A DNA stretch of 64,000 nucleotides from a virus. The translations under genes were made by a program, and so were the position numbers. Under the pieces are notes generated by a model. That model had not been told where the DNA came from, made no database searches, and saw only the letters and a program-made list of their open reading frames with translations. The DNA lies in IMG/VR virus record IMGVR_UViG_3300025849_002201; one strand, given 5' to 3'. Positions 53,093 to 63,658 of this stretch are shown here, one piece after another (the first letter of the stretch is position 1; every line of letters begins with the position of its first letter).

Positions 53093-55132
53093 TTACTTTG
53101 TTGTAGCTACAAACACGCCATTCCAATCTTTAGGCAAATCTTGTGTTAGCATATACTCACAACGTTCAATCCACATATCGTAGTACTTTTCCATCTTGCC
53201 TTCAAACTGTGGCTTCAACTTATTACATGATTCAATAGCTTCTTGGAATCGTTGCTGCTGATACATTTTATGCATGTCTTCATGTCTACGCTTGCTTGTT
53301 GCATAATGTTTCTTAACATCATCTAGCACTGTGTAGATAGCAACTCCTACAGTTTTACCTTTAACTGCTAAGTCGTCTACCTTTAGGAAGAAGAAGTCTT
53401 CCTTGCACTGTTCTACAGTTGCTCCACCTACTAGTAACAAGCATCCGTATTCTTTACACTTGCTTTCTATTCTTGCTGCGGTACTGACTGCGTCTCCAAG
53501 GACGTCATAGCTGTGTCGTTTTGTGCTGCCCATCTCACCCAAGTATCCGAGTCCAGTATTGATGCCAGCGCCCATACCAACGGCAGGTCTTCCTTGAGGT
53601 ATGACAAAATCTTCATTAAACTTCTCCACTGCTTTTAGCATACGTAATCCTGTACGTACTGCTGAATCAGCATGTTTAGGATCATCTGTTGGTGCATTGT
53701 GTACGTGCATACTAGCATCGCCGATATACTTGATAACCATTCCGTCTGCATCAAGTATAGGCTGTGTAATGCTGTCCATGTACCCATTCATAATTTTAGT
53801 AAGTCCCTTTACGTCATCACCAAACGATTCGCCTAATGGCGTAAAGCCGCGCAAGTCTGAGAATACAATACTAATTTCACGTTTCATACCGTCTTTGATT
53901 AGACTTGGATTTTCTTGTAGCATACGCACAACAGTAGGGCTTGCATATCCAGCAAACTGTTTCTTAATTGCCTGCTTCTCTAGGAACTCACGTACAAACT
54001 TAATACCGTATACCTGTAGTGCTATTAGTACAAACGTAATAACTGGCGCTGTAACGTCTAATAACAGCTTGTCTGTTGCATAAGCATACATTGAATAAGG
54101 AACTACACTGCCTATCATCACAACAGTTGTAGCAAGTCCTACCCACAACCAACGACTTAGAAGTATAAGCAATAAACCGCCTATAGCAAGTGCTAGTAGC
54201 TCTGCTGTAGGTGCCCAGTCTGGACGCTGTATGTTTGTACCTGCAAACATTGTGCCTATTAGTGCAGCTTGTGTAGTGCCTGCGTACTGTGCTCCTGTTG
54301 CTGTAGGAATAGGATTAGCAATACCTGCTGCTGTTACATCTACAATAACTACTGCACCACCAAGGTCCTCTGGTAAGTTTGTTACGCTTACACTCTTTGA
54401 ACGTTGGCTCCAATCAATCCACACACGCCCTTCACTATCAGTTGGTATTATACCAAACTGAGGAATACGCATTTTCTCAACACCAGCTGCATTTAGTTTG
54501 ATTTGAAAGTTAGGGTCGCCTGCGATAACACGTAGTGTCTCAAGTGCTAGACTAGGATATAGTGTACCGTCTATGACAGCGACAGTTGGCATACGTCTTA
54601 CGACACCATCTATCTCCGGCTCTGTTGAAACGATTCCCGCACCAACACTGTTGTTTTCAAGTTCTGGTATGTTCGCAATGATACCGCCGTATGGTAGTAT
54701 GCGATCCAAGAACTGTGCTTGTAGTATTGCTGCCCCAGGATTGATGGGCTCGTTCTTTGTTTTGTCGCTGGGACGACTTGCTAGTATAACTGGATAGTCT
54801 AGCATAGTTTCTGCTAGTTCGGCATCGCCACCTAGTCTGTCTACTTCGGGCATCATTACGTTCCATACAACTAAGCCTGCGCCTCTGTTGTACAAGTCTT
54901 TAATGATGTCTGAGTATATGTTGCGTGGGAAAGGATATTGTCCGTACTTTTCCAATGCTGCTTCGTCTATCTCAGCAACATAGATATTATTCTCTGCTGG
55001 TTCTTGATTAACAATTAATTGGTCAAAGTAATTTAGTTTAATACTTTGTATAAAGTTATTAGGTACTGCAAATGTATACACTAATGCAGTCAGTGTAATC
55101 AATGCCCACCATGGGGATAATAATCGTTTCAT
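53093..55132 (-). CDS. CHASE2-domain class III adenylate/guanylate cyclase
   Basis: Periplasmic CHASE2, 3 TM helices, FSDLRGFT, KYIGD, GDAVSTAARIE. Confidence 0.92.
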   Translation of the reverse strand: MKRLLSPWWALITLTALVYTFAVPNNFIQSIKLNYFDQLIVNQEPAENNIYVAEIDEAALEKYGQYPFPRNIYSDIIKDLYNRGAGLVVWNVMMPEVDRLGGDAELAETMLDYPVILASRPSDKTKNEPINPGAAILQAQFLDRILPYGGIIANIPELENNSVGAGIVSTEPEIDGVVRRMPTVAVIDGTLYPSLALETLRVIAGDPNFQIKLNAAGVEKMRIPQFGIIPTDSEGRVWIDWSQRSKSVSVTNLPEDLGGAVVIVDVTAAGIANPIPTATGAQYAGTTQAALIGTMFAGTNIQRPDWAPTAELLALAIGGLLLILLSRWLWVGLATTVVMIGSVVPYSMYAYATDKLLLDVTAPVITFVLIALQVYGIKFVREFLEKQAIKKQFAGYASPTVVRMLQENPSLIKDGMKREISIVFSDLRGFTPLGESFGDDVKGLTKIMNGYMDSITQPILDADGMVIKYIGDASMHVHNAPTDDPKHADSAVRTGLRMLKAVEKFNEDFVIPQGRPAVGMGAGINTGLGYLGEMGSTKRHSYDVLGDAVSTAARIESKCKEYGCLLLVGGATVEQCKEDFFFLKVDDLAVKGKTVGVAIYTVLDDVKKHYATSKRRHEDMHKMYQQQRFQEAIESCNKLKPQFEGKMEKYYDMWIERCEYMLTQDLPKDWNGVFVATTK

Positions 55133-55273
55133 GCCTACTCCTATTTAGAGTATTTATTTGGATTTAAAAGTTGATCCCAACTAGGTCCTACATTTTGCCA
55201 ATAGTCATTGCTTATTGGTTGTAGTATTAAATAAATCATTACAAAAAGCATTGCTACCATTGCTAAACTAAAT

Positions 55274-55645
55274 TTAATCATCTCTATTGTCCCACGGTGC
55301 GTTTTCATAACATCCTGCTGGCAGTGTATCTTTGTAGTTTACACCTGCTCTAAAGCCGTCACCTGTGCGTTCCATGTAAGCACTTTCAAACGGCATTTCA
55401 CGTGGTTTGCCCCAGCAACGATTTAAACTCTGTCCTGGAAATCTATAACGTGGATTGTGTTTGAGAAAGTCTCTTAGTTCTGCAAGTTCTTGTGCGTTCT
55501 TGCCTTGTCTCCAATCGGAGTAGCAACTTGCAGCTTGATTGTAGTTTGATGTATTTTGTATACAGTACTTGATTACATCGTTATTTTGATTTGCTATTGC
55601 ACTAGGTGCCAATAGAATGAATGCGATGGTTAGAAATGCCCTCAT
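55274..55645 (-). CDS. Secreted hypothetical protein
   Basis: Signal peptide and 4 Cys. Confidence 0.6.
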   Translation of the reverse strand: MRAFLTIAFILLAPSAIANQNNDVIKYCIQNTSNYNQAASCYSDWRQGKNAQELAELRDFLKHNPRYRFPGQSLNRCWGKPREMPFESAYMERTGDGFRAGVNYKDTLPAGCYENAPWDNRDD

Positions 55646-55726
55646 TGTCTTGCCCTTCTGCAGATGCCCATATCTGCTAAAGGTATTTAGTCAGAAAAAT
55701 AGGCCCCGAAGGGCCTATCTATAGTT

Positions 55727-57169
55727 TTAGAACTTCCAGACAAGTCCTGCTGAAAGACTATTTGTGTCGCCTAAGTTTGTCATTGAGCGAGTTGCTTCTA
55801 CTCTCCAAGTAACTTTATCAGTTTCTTTTTCAAGACCTAGTGAAAAATCATTAACACCATCTGTGTGATGCATTGCTGTAAAATCAACTAGTCCTAGATC
55901 GCCACGTAGACCAATTGTACCATAACCGTACATGTCATCTGTGCTTGCTACTGTTCTTGCTGTTTGTACTGAACCGTTTTCAACATATCCGTCAACTGTA
56001 CGATTACCACGTGTGTAACCAATAACAGGTTGTACCTTGCCAGTGTCCGGTGAGTATGTTACGCTTAGACTTGTGTCTGTGCCTTTGGTTGCGCTATCGT
56101 TTGCAAAGTCACCGATAGTGCGTGATACAGTATAGTCTGTTGTTGCACGACGGAACTCTACAGCAACGTTGTTTTTCTCAACACCAACTGCTACTACATC
56201 TGTGTTAGCTGTTACAGTATCATCATTACCAGCTAGGCTAGTGTCTAATCTAGTAAAGCCACCATTAATAGTTAAACCATTATCAGTAGTTTTAGATCCA
56301 CCAATAACAATACCACCAGTGTTACCACTCATACCGTTGTTATATGTACTGTTCATTCTAATACCTTGAATGTTGTCAAAGTTTAGATTTCTTACAGTAC
56401 TTGATACAACGTCTTGCGCTGTTGCTACTTGATCAATGCGTCCTTCAAACGGCGTTAGTGCTGTGTTTGTAACTTGTACATTATCTGTAGTACCATCGCT
56501 CATATTATCCCAGGTTGTGTCAGTTTGTGTTCTTGATACAACTTGTATAACACCACCGCTTACTGCAATATATCCTACTACTTGGCTGCTACCTTGATTT
56601 ACTACTGTTGGGGCACCGCTTGCTGATCCAGCGGCTACTTCGTTAATGTCAAGTATGCCGTTTAGGTTAGCATCGCCGTTTAAGTCACCTTGTGTTAAAT
56701 TGATTGTTAAACTACGAATAACTTCATCCATTGGCATCCAGTCTGCTGTTGGCGATGCTGTTGGATCTGATGATTCAGCATTACCTAATGGAATATAAAC
56801 AAATGTGTATTGACCAGTGACAAGTCCTGTGTAGTTAATACCTTGCCATACATACGATTCCTGTCCTGTCGGTCCGTTTGGATCGTAAGGAACAAGTTGT
56901 GTGCCGTCTGATGTAAAGAAGTTTACGCCGCTTAGTAGACCAGCAGGTGAATTTTGTGATAACAAGTTAAAAGCATCAATGCTTGTGCTGCCATCTGGTT
57001 TAATTATTTTAATTTCAGCTTCGTTAAAAGCCATACCGTGCCAGTTACCGTACCAGAAGTTTAATCCTCCGCTTCCGTCACCTACATAGCCAATTGAGTT
57101 TGTGTGCGCCAATGCTGTAGACGCCATTAAAGAAGCCGCAACGACTCCTGCGATTATTTTCTTTTTCAT
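55727..57169 (-). CDS. Outer-membrane beta-barrel (autotransporter-like) protein
   Basis: Signal peptide, passenger region, alternating beta strands ending in WKF. Confidence 0.7.
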   Translation of the reverse strand: MKKKIIAGVVAASLMASTALAHTNSIGYVGDGSGGLNFWYGNWHGMAFNEAEIKIIKPDGSTSIDAFNLLSQNSPAGLLSGVNFFTSDGTQLVPYDPNGPTGQESYVWQGINYTGLVTGQYTFVYIPLGNAESSDPTASPTADWMPMDEVIRSLTINLTQGDLNGDANLNGILDINEVAAGSASGAPTVVNQGSSQVVGYIAVSGGVIQVVSRTQTDTTWDNMSDGTTDNVQVTNTALTPFEGRIDQVATAQDVVSSTVRNLNFDNIQGIRMNSTYNNGMSGNTGGIVIGGSKTTDNGLTINGGFTRLDTSLAGNDDTVTANTDVVAVGVEKNNVAVEFRRATTDYTVSRTIGDFANDSATKGTDTSLSVTYSPDTGKVQPVIGYTRGNRTVDGYVENGSVQTARTVASTDDMYGYGTIGLRGDLGLVDFTAMHHTDGVNDFSLGLEKETDKVTWRVEATRSMTNLGDTNSLSAGLVWKF

Positions 57170-57249
57170 TTTTTTGCCCTCTTGAAAGAACGCCCTCACG
57201 CTCTACTATATGTATTTACTGCGGTAATTGTAAAAATTATGTACAATGT

Positions 57250-58371
57250 TTATCGTTGCTGGATATCAATAGTGTTAACACCAACGCCAACTCGATAGTC
57301 GTATGCTGCTTCGTCACCTTGCTCTACATTTAGTGTGTATCCACTGGCTGTGCTTAGAGATAAGTCTATATTATTTTCTACACTTGCATCTTGTCTTATT
57401 ACACGGTAGATATTGTCTTCTATATCAAAAAAGAATCCAGTCTTTTCATCATAACCTGTTTGCACTTCACTTATTAGTGTTTCGTTTTGTTTGTCTAATT
57501 CGTCTCTAAAAAACTCTGCTAATGCGGCATTTAGTGCATCAATCATATCGACCAAAAGCTCACGTAGATAATAGTCTGCACCTCTGTCTAGTTCAGTTAC
57601 CCATATGTCTTTGATACTATCACCTAGTACATCTTCATCTAGTCCGTCATATTCTAAAAAATCTAGTGCAAGAAAGTCTGTTGCTCTTTGTGCTTCTGCT
57701 TGTACTTGTTCTGCTTCTTCGATTGGATCAGCACGTCTTACAATAAGCATACCTGTTATCTGTGGTTCTGTGAGAGCTACAACAATCGGTTTACTAGGAG
57801 GACTGCGTAGACTTGTTACTCTAGTCATTTGAAATGCTTGATTCATTACAACAAATCCAGCATCGTTTTCGACAGCAATTTCGCCTACAACACAATCACC
57901 ATTTGAATCACAACTTGGTAGGAGGGTAATATATGATTCGCCAATTTCGTTTACAAGCATATTAAAGTCTGTGCCGCGAACACTTATAGTCGCAGTTGGT
58001 GTGCGTAGTCTTACGTTCTGTCTGCTGTTCTTTGCTATTTGTCCACTAGCATAACGAACAGCACCTAGTGTTGCCCGCATGTTTAAACTACCTTTGCCAG
58101 TTGCAGGATCGTAGACAAACTCGTCAATTACTACACGACTGTTATCAATAACATCCAGTCGTGTTTCATCAACAAAGTCTATCTGCATACGACCCTTGGT
58201 AGTTTCAGCAACATCCATTTGCTGTATTTCAACACCCACACTATTGCCAACATCCTTGTTGTCACGTTTAATAACACCACTGCCGTCAAGTGTTGTAACA
58301 GTGCCAATGTTTGCTGCAACTGCCGAGGCGGTAGTCAAGAATATGGTTACGACTAATATGAGCGTTTTCAT
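57250..58371 (-). CDS. FecR-domain protein
   Basis: Signal peptide, F.D.T...V..NS...IDEFVYD, TPTATISVRGTDF. Confidence 0.85.
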   Translation of the reverse strand: MKTLILVVTIFLTTASAVAANIGTVTTLDGSGVIKRDNKDVGNSVGVEIQQMDVAETTKGRMQIDFVDETRLDVIDNSRVVIDEFVYDPATGKGSLNMRATLGAVRYASGQIAKNSRQNVRLRTPTATISVRGTDFNMLVNEIGESYITLLPSCDSNGDCVVGEIAVENDAGFVVMNQAFQMTRVTSLRSPPSKPIVVALTEPQITGMLIVRRADPIEEAEQVQAEAQRATDFLALDFLEYDGLDEDVLGDSIKDIWVTELDRGADYYLRELLVDMIDALNAALAEFFRDELDKQNETLISEVQTGYDEKTGFFFDIEDNIYRVIRQDASVENNIDLSLSTASGYTLNVEQGDEAAYDYRVGVGVNTIDIQQR

Positions 58372-58372
58372 A

Positions 58373-59119
58373 TTAGTCAGTTTGTGTAATGTCTATTACA
58401 CTACCGTTAGTAGTAGTATCTAACACAACAGTCTTATCAAGTGTACCACTTTGTGTAATAGTAACAACGTTTGCACTACCAGTTAGATCTAAATCAACAG
58501 TATGTCCGCTTGTGCCGCCTGAGATGTCAAGATCAACAATGTTACCGCCGTTGGCAGCACTTAGACTTGCATCGTTAGTACTTGTTACCGTTGTCGTGTT
58601 ACTCGGTAATGTGTTGATAATGTCAACTGTAATGTTAGCTTTTACACCGTTGATGTCAGCATCAATAACGTTGTCGTCACCTGTTACGGTAAATGCTACT
58701 ACTGAGTTTCCTGCATCAGCTGTTTCACCAATTTTAAACGTAAAGGTGTTATCATCACCTGTTGTTGTTATATCTAATGTTACAGATTCACAGTTGCCGC
58801 CACCTGCTGTACCTGCACTATCACATAGCAAGTCTACTGTGTTGTAGTCGCCTGTGAACGCCCATGTGCCTGTGTAGGTGTCTCCGTTGATTTTTGCCGA
58901 TATGTCGTTGCCATCACCTGTTTGTGTAATGTCAAACGTCATAAAGTCACCATTTAGTGTTACTACCGTTGTTGCATCTCCGAATTCGTTTCCGCTGCCG
59001 TCTTGTACAATGTCTAAATCTAAAGTATCACCTACTTGTGTGATATAGATGTCATTGGCCAGAGCTGGTGCTAGAAACATTGCCATCAACGCCGATAATG
59101 TTAATGTTTTTAACTTCAT
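58373..59119 (-). CDS. Curlin-like repeat secreted protein
   Basis: Signal peptide then ITQ.G..N / .G..N beta-repeats, no large hydrophobic core. Start trimmed to MKLKT. Confidence 0.65.
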   Translation of the reverse strand: MKLKTLTLSALMAMFLAPALANDIYITQVGDTLDLDIVQDGSGNEFGDATTVVTLNGDFMTFDITQTGDGNDISAKINGDTYTGTWAFTGDYNTVDLLCDSAGTAGGGNCESVTLDITTTGDDNTFTFKIGETADAGNSVVAFTVTGDDNVIDADINGVKANITVDIINTLPSNTTTVTSTNDASLSAANGGNIVDLDISGGTSGHTVDLDLTGSANVVTITQSGTLDKTVVLDTTTNGSVIDITQTD

Positions 59120-59921
59120 TTTGTTTACCCTCCTGGAACTTCCAAAGTCCCTTACGTTCACCCTCATGAACTAGTTCTACAATACCCTGTTCAATAGCTG
59201 CCCTCACAGCATAGTTGACAGGTTCATTTACGCTAAATCCTGTTTCAGTTTCTAGCAATCGAGTTCCCATGTCTAGGAACCTAAATATGTCCGCTCCGGA
59301 CCTGTGGCTAGCAATGGTCTTTTCCGTTGCTATACTCAGCAGCACTTCTCCTGTACTAACTGATACGATACGCATCACCACTGTTACGTTATCGATTCTG
59401 TATTCGGTGCTTGCACCTATGCCCATCCAACTGGCTCCCAATCCTCCGACTGCTACATTGCTATCATATCCAACAATGCCGCCTTCGAGAATAAGCCCTG
59501 CAAAACGTAGCGGTTTTAAAGGTACTGCGTCTTCACCTTCGTAGTTTTCACGTGTTTGTCTAATAAGTTGACGCTCTTTAATAAGATTGTCCATGCCCAC
59601 ACGTTCTACTACTTCAAACCAATCTCCGTTGCCCACTTCTTGTAAGGCTTTGATAACCCAGGCTTCTGAACCTTGTGTAACAGCACTGCTTAGGTTACTT
59701 ACACTGTCACTAGGTTTACGCTGTCCTGTTTTGTCTGTAAAACTGTAAATAGCAATTGTTATTTTTTGCCCGTCTAACTCTGGTACGTCTTCTAGTCTTT
59801 GCTGTATCGGCGAATCTTGAACTGTGGGAGATGTTTTAGTATCTTCTAGTATTTGCATACTAGGGCCCATTGCACACCCGCCTAACAGTGTTGCTGCTAA
59901 AAGTGTTGCCAGTAATTTCAT
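59052..59921 (-). CDS. csgG: Curli secretion channel CsgG homolog
   Basis: Lipobox LGGC, F.D.TGQRKP, S.AVTQG, WF.VVER, EGGIVGYD. Confidence 0.9.
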   Translation of the reverse strand: MKLLATLLAATLLGGCAMGPSMQILEDTKTSPTVQDSPIQQRLEDVPELDGQKITIAIYSFTDKTGQRKPSDSVSNLSSAVTQGSEAWVIKALQEVGNGDWFEVVERVGMDNLIKERQLIRQTRENYEGEDAVPLKPLRFAGLILEGGIVGYDSNVAVGGLGASWMGIGASTEYRIDNVTVVMRIVSVSTGEVLLSIATEKTIASHRSGADIFRFLDMGTRLLETETGFSVNEPVNYAVRAAIEQGIVELVHEGERKGLWKFQEGKQNEVKNINIIGVDGNVSSTSSGQ

Positions 59922-60370
59922 TAGAAGTTGAACTCCCCACTAGCAGGAATAGTTACAGTTGTTATTGATCCGTCATCGCTTACAATAGTTAACGTGATGT
60001 TTCCGTCTGCTCTAACCCAAGTAATCTCTGAGCCTTCTATTTCTGCTGTGCCTGTGTTAGAACAATTATCTGAACAATCAGCAAACATAGCGTCTACCAT
60101 TTGCTTAGATAGCTGTGCGTATATACGTGATTCAACGTTTTTAAGAAACTTGTTTAGCGTAGTATTTTCGAGTTCGCGCTCAATACGTCTAGCTTCTGAT
60201 TCGGCTTTTGCTTCTAAGTCTGCTTTGCGATTGTGTTGTAGTTGTTCAGTAGATAGTACATGCGAACTATAGCCTTGCCCTGAGAATCTTGGATTTTTAA
60301 AATTCCAAGTTAAATCTGCCCAAGCTGTATTGGCGCACATAAACAATATTAATATTGTAATGTATCTCAT
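59921..60370 (-). CDS. csgF: Curli assembly CsgF homolog
   Basis: Signal peptide, F.NP.FSG, RIY..LS.Q. Confidence 0.8.
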   Translation of the reverse strand: MRYITILILFMCANTAWADLTWNFKNPRFSGQGYSSHVLSTEQLQHNRKADLEAKAESEARRIERELENTTLNKFLKNVESRIYAQLSKQMVDAMFADCSDNCSNTGTAEIEGSEITWVRADGNITLTIVSDDGSITTVTIPASGEFNF

Positions 60371-60488
60371 TTAAATACCCCCTATCCCTATACTATATTT
60401 AAGTGATTACAACCAAAAATTTAATATATACATAAAGAAAATGCGACTCGAAGGTCGCATATAACTGATTATCTAAATAACGAAGTAT

Positions 60489-62060
60489 TTAAGGACGTTG
60501 TCCTGGTTTGAATAAGAAACTAAATCCGCCACTTGGCTTTTTAGTTGCATAATAGTACGCTGTACAATCAAACAATATAGTACCTTCAAATACTGGGGGA
60601 TAAATTACAGCAAAGTTTACAAATTCGCCTTCTTCGCCTTTAGCTTTAAATCCTGTCTTAACTTGTACCATATTAGAACTTTCAAGTACTGATGCAAAGA
60701 ACGCATAAACTGTTTTTGCATCTTCGTTGATTTTATTTTGCACAATACGTGCAAGACTTGCACTAGCATGATACCCTGGCATATATAGACCGTGTGTTAG
60801 AGTCGGCTTATATCCATCGTATCCTACTGTCATTGAATAAAAACTACCATTGTCAATTGCTTGTAGACCTTCTACGTCTTTTGGATTAGCATTAATTATG
60901 TCGTGCGCTTGTTTTGCAACTTCAGGAGTAATAATATTCAGTCTCGCTGCTAAAGCAAACGGCTGCATCATACTAGTATTGTTTTTACAAATGTCTAAGA
61001 TATCAAGTTGTAACTTAAACTTTTCGTCGAAGCCGGGAACGCGATCTCTAATAACGTCTCCACGCTTTTCAAGTGCTTCAGTAATTCCTTTGAGACTTGC
61101 TGCTGCTCCGCCTTTTTTATCTTTAGAACTTACGCCTACTTTTGTGCCTGCTGCTGAATACATATAACTATCAATTAGCTTTTCTGCAATGTCTAGTGGA
61201 AATTCAACTTCAGTCATTCCTGCCCAAGTTAATCCTGGCTCAAGTACGTCTAACAACTTTTGCTCTGCGTCTCTATAACTACCACTTACTAATTGCCCTG
61301 TTTGAAGTGCAATAGGTGCTACTGTTTCGCCTAGTTGTACTTCGTAGTTAGCTTTGTATTCTGGATTAATAGGACTCGGACCTCTTGCAAAGTTTTCAAT
61401 CAGACCAATAACATTTTCATGTTCTTCTTGTGGTATCTTAGCACTAGTCTTAATTCCTTCTTTAACTGCATTAAGAATATTTGCAACTTGCATTTTCTTA
61501 CCAACAATATTTAAAAAGTTAGGGAACATGCCAACTGCACCGTGTGTGCCAGTTTTGTTTGCACCACGCTTGATTGTAATAGGTGCACCGATTGCATTTA
61601 GATCTTTTACAAACTCAGTTACGCCCCAATAGATGTGATCTGCTGCGTCTTTATTATTTTTATATTTTCCGTAGTATGTTCTGCCCTGGGCACTTGTTAG
61701 TTCGACAATAATTACAGCAAAGTTTGCTCTCTTCTGACCTTTGACAAATTTAACTGCATTAGGATGTATTTTCACTTCATCTACTAGTTCTGCTTCAAAC
61801 TGATCGTCTGGTGATATCATGTCATTTGATAGTGCAGGAACATCGTTGTTTGCTGTTGGCTCGTCAACTGGTTTAGCTTCGTAACGCTTTACTCCAGCTT
61901 CTAGTGGAAACTTGTAAGCATTAGTAATATTATATTCAACTCCGTTGCTGTCTACAAAACTGTCACCCTTACCAGCTTGATGATCCATTGCTGTGCCTAC
62001 AACGCCGCGGGTTGCTTCGAACACTTTTTGTGCTACATTTTTGATTTCTAGAAAACGCAT
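60489..62060 (-). CDS. Hypothetical protein (possible PD-(D/E)xK-like C-terminal domain)
   Basis: 523 aa, late-type motif upstream, LID...VSSK. Confidence 0.6.
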   Translation of the reverse strand: MRFLEIKNVAQKVFEATRGVVGTAMDHQAGKGDSFVDSNGVEYNITNAYKFPLEAGVKRYEAKPVDEPTANNDVPALSNDMISPDDQFEAELVDEVKIHPNAVKFVKGQKRANFAVIIVELTSAQGRTYYGKYKNNKDAADHIYWGVTEFVKDLNAIGAPITIKRGANKTGTHGAVGMFPNFLNIVGKKMQVANILNAVKEGIKTSAKIPQEEHENVIGLIENFARGPSPINPEYKANYEVQLGETVAPIALQTGQLVSGSYRDAEQKLLDVLEPGLTWAGMTEVEFPLDIAEKLIDSYMYSAAGTKVGVSSKDKKGGAAASLKGITEALEKRGDVIRDRVPGFDEKFKLQLDILDICKNNTSMMQPFALAARLNIITPEVAKQAHDIINANPKDVEGLQAIDNGSFYSMTVGYDGYKPTLTHGLYMPGYHASASLARIVQNKINEDAKTVYAFFASVLESSNMVQVKTGFKAKGEEGEFVNFAVIYPPVFEGTILFDCTAYYYATKKPSGGFSFLFKPGQRP

Positions 62061-62086
62061 GTCTACTTCCTAATTCTTTTTAGTAT

Positions 62087-62773
62087 TTATGCAAGTTTAG
62101 GAAACAACATGTCTGTACAGAACTTGTCTACATCAGCTTCGTTAAGTCCTAGACTTTTCATTGTGCGCGGAGTGTGTGGATTCTGTTGCTGGTTGTGACA
62201 GTAATAGTTCTGTGCGGCAGCTACTAGATCAGTATTTTCAGTTCCAGTAAACTCGCCAATCTCATCAAAGTATGCACGAAGGTTGTCTTGTGCTAGTTCA
62301 ATGATAGCAACTGCTTCTTCTTCTGTGCTTACATTGCCAGCGGCAAGCATTTTGTCTGAGAAAATATTAGTAGCCCACTCTGGTAACTGTCGTTGTTTGG
62401 TAGGAATAAAGTCTGCAACAGCTTCTTTGTATCCTGCAATCATAGGATTGTCTAGGTCAGCACTTGCACTAAAATCATGGAACGCACCTGTCATTTTATT
62501 CTTACCAGCAATAACATCAAACCCGTAGATAGGACCAGGATTGCTTAGTACAGGAAACACGCATACATGCATCATCCATAACCCCTTGGTGTCACGAGCA
62601 TCTACTACATCAATGTGCGCCCGGCGTACATGATCGTTACGCCAAACACGATTGACCCAAGTATCGTTATTAAAGTGAGCAAGCCCTGGCTCTTCAAATT
62701 CAGTTGCTTGTTCATCAAATATCCGTATAATTTCATCTTTACACTCAATTAGTCTATCCCAAATAATACTCAT
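62087..62773 (-). CDS. pcyX: Ferredoxin-dependent bilin reductase (PcyX-like)
   Basis: RRAHIDVVD, MMHVC.FP, P.YGFDV.AG, FHD.S, QNP.T.R. Confidence 0.85.
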   Translation of the reverse strand: MSIIWDRLIECKDEIIRIFDEQATEFEEPGLAHFNNDTWVNRVWRNDHVRRAHIDVVDARDTKGLWMMHVCVFPVLSNPGPIYGFDVIAGKNKMTGAFHDFSASADLDNPMIAGYKEAVADFIPTKQRQLPEWATNIFSDKMLAAGNVSTEEEAVAIIELAQDNLRAYFDEIGEFTGTENTDLVAAAQNYYCHNQQQNPHTPRTMKSLGLNEADVDKFCTDMLFPKLA

Positions 62774-63306
62774 GTATCTAGTTCCTCAAACAGTTGCATA
62801 GCAAATACAAAACAGCGGTTTGCTTCATCTGCCATGTCATCGTTGAGCATAGCACGTACTGTGGCTTTTAATTCGTCTACATTATCAAAGTCATACATTC
62901 TACCAGATCCTGGATTACGTTTGCGGATCATCTGTCCGCCGTACATATCTCCAAAGTGTCTTACGTACAAGTGTGCAAGAATATCATCATGGGCAGTTAG
63001 TGTCATTACATGCGAAGCGTAATTATTTACAACAGGACACAACAGATCGGTATTGCGTTGAATTCTATATTCGTCTTCGAGCTCTGACAGATCTTTTAAA
63101 ATAGCATCTGCTCTGCATATATCTTCAATGCCAGTGAGCACACTCAATTCTTTAGCACGACTTTCTAATACTGCATACTGCACGTACTGATTGTATATGT
63201 AGCGATGATACTCTTCAGGTGTCATTCCTTTAAGTAATTTTCTTGCGTGTTCAGTACGTTCAGCTTTACTATGATTAGCCCATGTTAACTCTTTAAGTTT
63301 GCTCAT
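62770..63306 (-). CDS. hemO: Heme oxygenase
   Basis: LKE.T...H..AE, AH.YVRHFGDMYGGQ.I. Confidence 0.9.
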   Translation of the reverse strand: MSKLKELTWANHSKAERTEHARKLLKGMTPEEYHRYIYNQYVQYAVLESRAKELSVLTGIEDICRADAILKDLSELEDEYRIQRNTDLLCPVVNNYASHVMTLTAHDDILAHLYVRHFGDMYGGQMIRKRNPGSGRMYDFDNVDELKATVRAMLNDDMADEANRCFVFAMQLFEELDT

Positions 63307-63608
63307 GCCTTTTCTACTTTGACTTTTAGCGGAAATCCATGTTCTTTGCTAAGTGATAAAGTTTCTTTACTTTTCTGTTCTGCAATATCAAACGGGTATA
63401 CACCTGCAATGCCAGCGCCTTCTGTATGAATACTCATAGTAACTTCTTCTGCTTCTACACTGTTATGCTTGTATATATGCATCAGTACTTCCATAACAAA
63501 CTCCATCGGAGTTTTGTCATCATTTAGCATTACTACTTTGTACTTGCCTGGTTCGCGAGTAACTACTTTGATCTTTTCATCGATCTTTACATCTGCAAAA
63601 TCGCTCAT
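63303..63608 (-). CDS. clpS: ClpS N-degron adaptor
   Basis: YKVVMLNDD.TPMEFV..VL...IH.EG.G..G.Y..DIAE.K. Confidence 0.92.
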   Translation of the reverse strand: MSDFADVKIDEKIKVVTREPGKYKVVMLNDDKTPMEFVMEVLMHIYKHNSVEAEEVTMSIHTEGAGIAGVYPFDIAEQKSKETLSLSKEHGFPLKVKVEKA

Positions 63609-63658
63609 TATCTTTCCTCTTTTTAAAATGGGGGAGATATTTCACTCCCCCTGACTGC

